Source of the DNA: Blastocladiella emersonii ATCC 22665
Lineage: Eukaryota > Fungi > Blastocladiomycota
Reading direction: 5' to 3'
Length of the DNA stretch: 64,000 nucleotides
Assembly (NCBI GenBank): GCA_025594325.1
Contig: JANHCV010000001.1
Coordinates: 4,898,001 to 4,962,000 of the forward strand
Shown here: positions 61,923 through 64,000 of the stretch, one piece after another
Layout of the letters: every line of letters begins with the position of its first letter
Position numbering within the stretch: the stretch's first letter is position 1
The notes under the pieces: model-generated
The model's input: only the letters and a program-made list of their open reading frames with translations
The model's database searches: none
What the model was told of the DNA's origin: nothing
Program-made: the position numbers and the translations under genes

Positions 61923-62807
61923 GTGCACTCATGGATGCGTCGTACGCGGCTGGATACGCGGCTTGGCGGGGACCTTGATGTTCATTGCAAGATGGAGCGA
62001 TTGTTGGGCGGGGGAGAGCGAGGGAGCGCGCGGGACCGGTCCTTTCATAGGTTTGCTTCCGACCCTGACACCGTGGGAGCCGATCAACATGCGGTTTAGC
62101 CGGCTGGACTCGAGGGTCCTTGCGAGCACAAGACTCGAGGGTTCGCCGGTTCCCGGATGATGCGTCCTGTGATGCGACTCACGCAGTCAGTTACACCACA
62201 CTATCACCCCGAAAGCAGCGAGCGTTAATAGCCTCCTATGACGCAGTTACGGCCAGAGGGTCACGAAGCGATTCGGGCTCAGACTCGGACCGGAGGACGC
62301 CGGCTGATCCTCTTCGCCGGGAAATCGCGTCCTGACGCGGTCGCGTGACGCACGCGTCGCTGTCTCGCACCAATTGTCTCCGCTCGGCCCACGTGATACG
62401 TATTCGCGACGCGTTTCTCGACGTCCAACCCGATGCTGCACACGGACGATGCATGGCGGTCCATGGCGTGCATGAAAGACCGCTCAGGGATCCCCAACCG
62501 TTGAGTGTCGCGGAGCGACTCGCCGACGAACGTGCTGCGCCTCCAGTCACGCGGAAGAACATGCACCGAAAGTTGCTGGGACACGCTCGGAGATAGTCGC
62601 CACTTCACGCTCGCGTCCATCGCATCACTCTGCTCCGCACCCCACTTTTCATGAAGACAGACTGCAACAACTAGCAGCAACGTTTGCCGGCCAGTGTCGT
62701 CATCGACTCCGCCACCCAAACGCCCGCTCTTCTCCTCTCCGTCACCTCCGTCACCTCCGACGCACGCTCCCTCTCCCTCTATATCAACACTACATAGACC
62801 GACACCC

Positions 62808-64000
62808 ATGCATCGACCCCCAAAGCCGCACCACGCGCCGCTGGCCGCCGTTAGCCCGAGCCCGGCGTCGATCCCCAGCACCTCGGCGCCACCCGCCTGG
62901 GACGACTTCCTGACCCGCGGCGCCAACGGCAAGAACGGCGCAGCCGCCAACAACCGCCGCGGTCCGCGGCCTGGCCCGCGTCGCATCGACCCGAAGCGTA
63001 CGGTGACTTTTTGATGTCATGGCGCGGTGTGTGGCGTCGCTGACCCCGTGCGCGTGTAGACCACGTCGAGCCTCTCTCCGTCGTCGGAACCGGCGTCGGC
63101 CCGAACGCACATCCCCATGCGCTCAACGTCGGCATCGCGGTGACGGCTGCGCCCGCGGCTAACGGACACGGTGCGCCGGGCAAGCAGCACCTCGCGCCGC
63201 TCCCGACCATCGCCGGCGCGGTCACTCTCCCGCCGCTCGTCAAGAAGCCGCTGCTCATCGGCAACCGCAAGCTCATCTTCGTGGGCGGAGGACCTGGATC
63301 GGGCAAAGGCGAGGGCTGCCTTCGCCTCGCCGCCGAGTTCAACCTCACGCACCTGAGCGCTGGCGACCTGCTGCGCGCCGAGGTCGCCCGCGGGACGCCG
63401 ATCGGCGCCGAGCTGAGCCGCATGATGACTGAGGGCCAGCTCGTGCCCATGGTACTGTTCATTTGCGCTACATCCGGGGCAACGACAAGAACTGACGTGT
63501 CGCGTTTCGAGTGTAGAGCGTTACGATCCAGCTGCTGCGCAACGCCATGGAGGCTGCGCTCGCCAATGCGCCTGACCATCACGCCGGCTTCCTCATCGAT
63601 GGGTTCCCGCGCGAGCTCGACCAGGCCCTCGCCTTCGAGGACGCCCTGTCGCTGTCGCCCGACGCGTTCCTGTTCCTCGATTGCCCGCTCCCCGTCCTCG
63701 AGGCTCGCCTCCTCAAGCGCGGCGAAACAAGCGGTCGCGCCGACGACAACATGGAGACGATCCGCAAGCGCTTCAACACGTTCGTGACCCAGTCGATGCC
63801 GGTCGTCGACCACTACCGCGCGCAGGGCAAGGTCATCGAAATTTCCTCTGTGCATGCTCTCGACGTCGTGTACGCCATCATCCGCGGGTCAGTCATCGCT
63901 CGGTTCCCCGACTGGGCGCCGCCTTCTGCTCTCGCGCCTGTCCTCGCTGGCCGTCCGCTCATCTTCATCCTCGGGGGCCCTGGGAGCGGCAAACAGGTCA
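62808..64000 (+). CDS. Multi-domain short-LID adenylate/UMP-CMP kinase, partial; runs off the window end
   Basis: Exons 62808..62997, 63060..63451, 63517..>64000. First domain: GGPGSGKG, HLSAGDLLRAE, GQLVP, FLIDGFPRE, SGRADDN. A second P-loop IFILGGPGSGK begins near 63960. Confidence 0.88.

Noticed and set aside
61930-62800. Less GC-rich intergenic segment with short ORFs
   Set aside because: No terminal repeats, transposase motifs or coding bias; most simply a divergent promoter region between the GNAT and kinase genes.
1-64000. Selenocysteine or stop-codon recoding
   Set aside because: None of the reconstructed host genes needs an in-frame TGA or TAG. The only internal stops are in the decayed transposon cargo.

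Overview
GC-rich, intron-containing eukaryotic DNA. Most introns are 55-90 bp with GTACG/GTGCG donors and YAG acceptors. The gene content (PTPDC1, TBC1D24-like, PYROXD1, LENG1, tandem adenylate kinase, plus fungal Asi1/3, Hym1, Pho13, Rib3, Trm4, Tra1) suggests a zoosporic early-diverging fungus, probably Blastocladiomycota (inference). I reconstructed about 19 host genes exon by exon from splice signals and reading-frame continuity. Three things stand out. (1) A three-exon, 1177-codon gene (10040-13694) joins a multi-pass membrane module to a heterotrimeric G-alpha-like domain whose P-loop, catalytic Gln and NKxD motifs are all degenerate: a candidate membrane-tethered pseudo-G-alpha. (2) An ~8.3 kb DNA transposon (22268-30612) has 33-bp terminal inverted repeats and AATT on both flanks. 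It encodes a KDZ/HMGXB3-type DDE transposase and carries a decayed Gln/His-rich cargo gene and internal repeats. (3) A 6-nt microexon (33849-33854) is needed to build the conserved AIRGGIP motif of a glucose-6-phosphate 1-epimerase. All family assignments come from motif recognition by eye; no searches were run.
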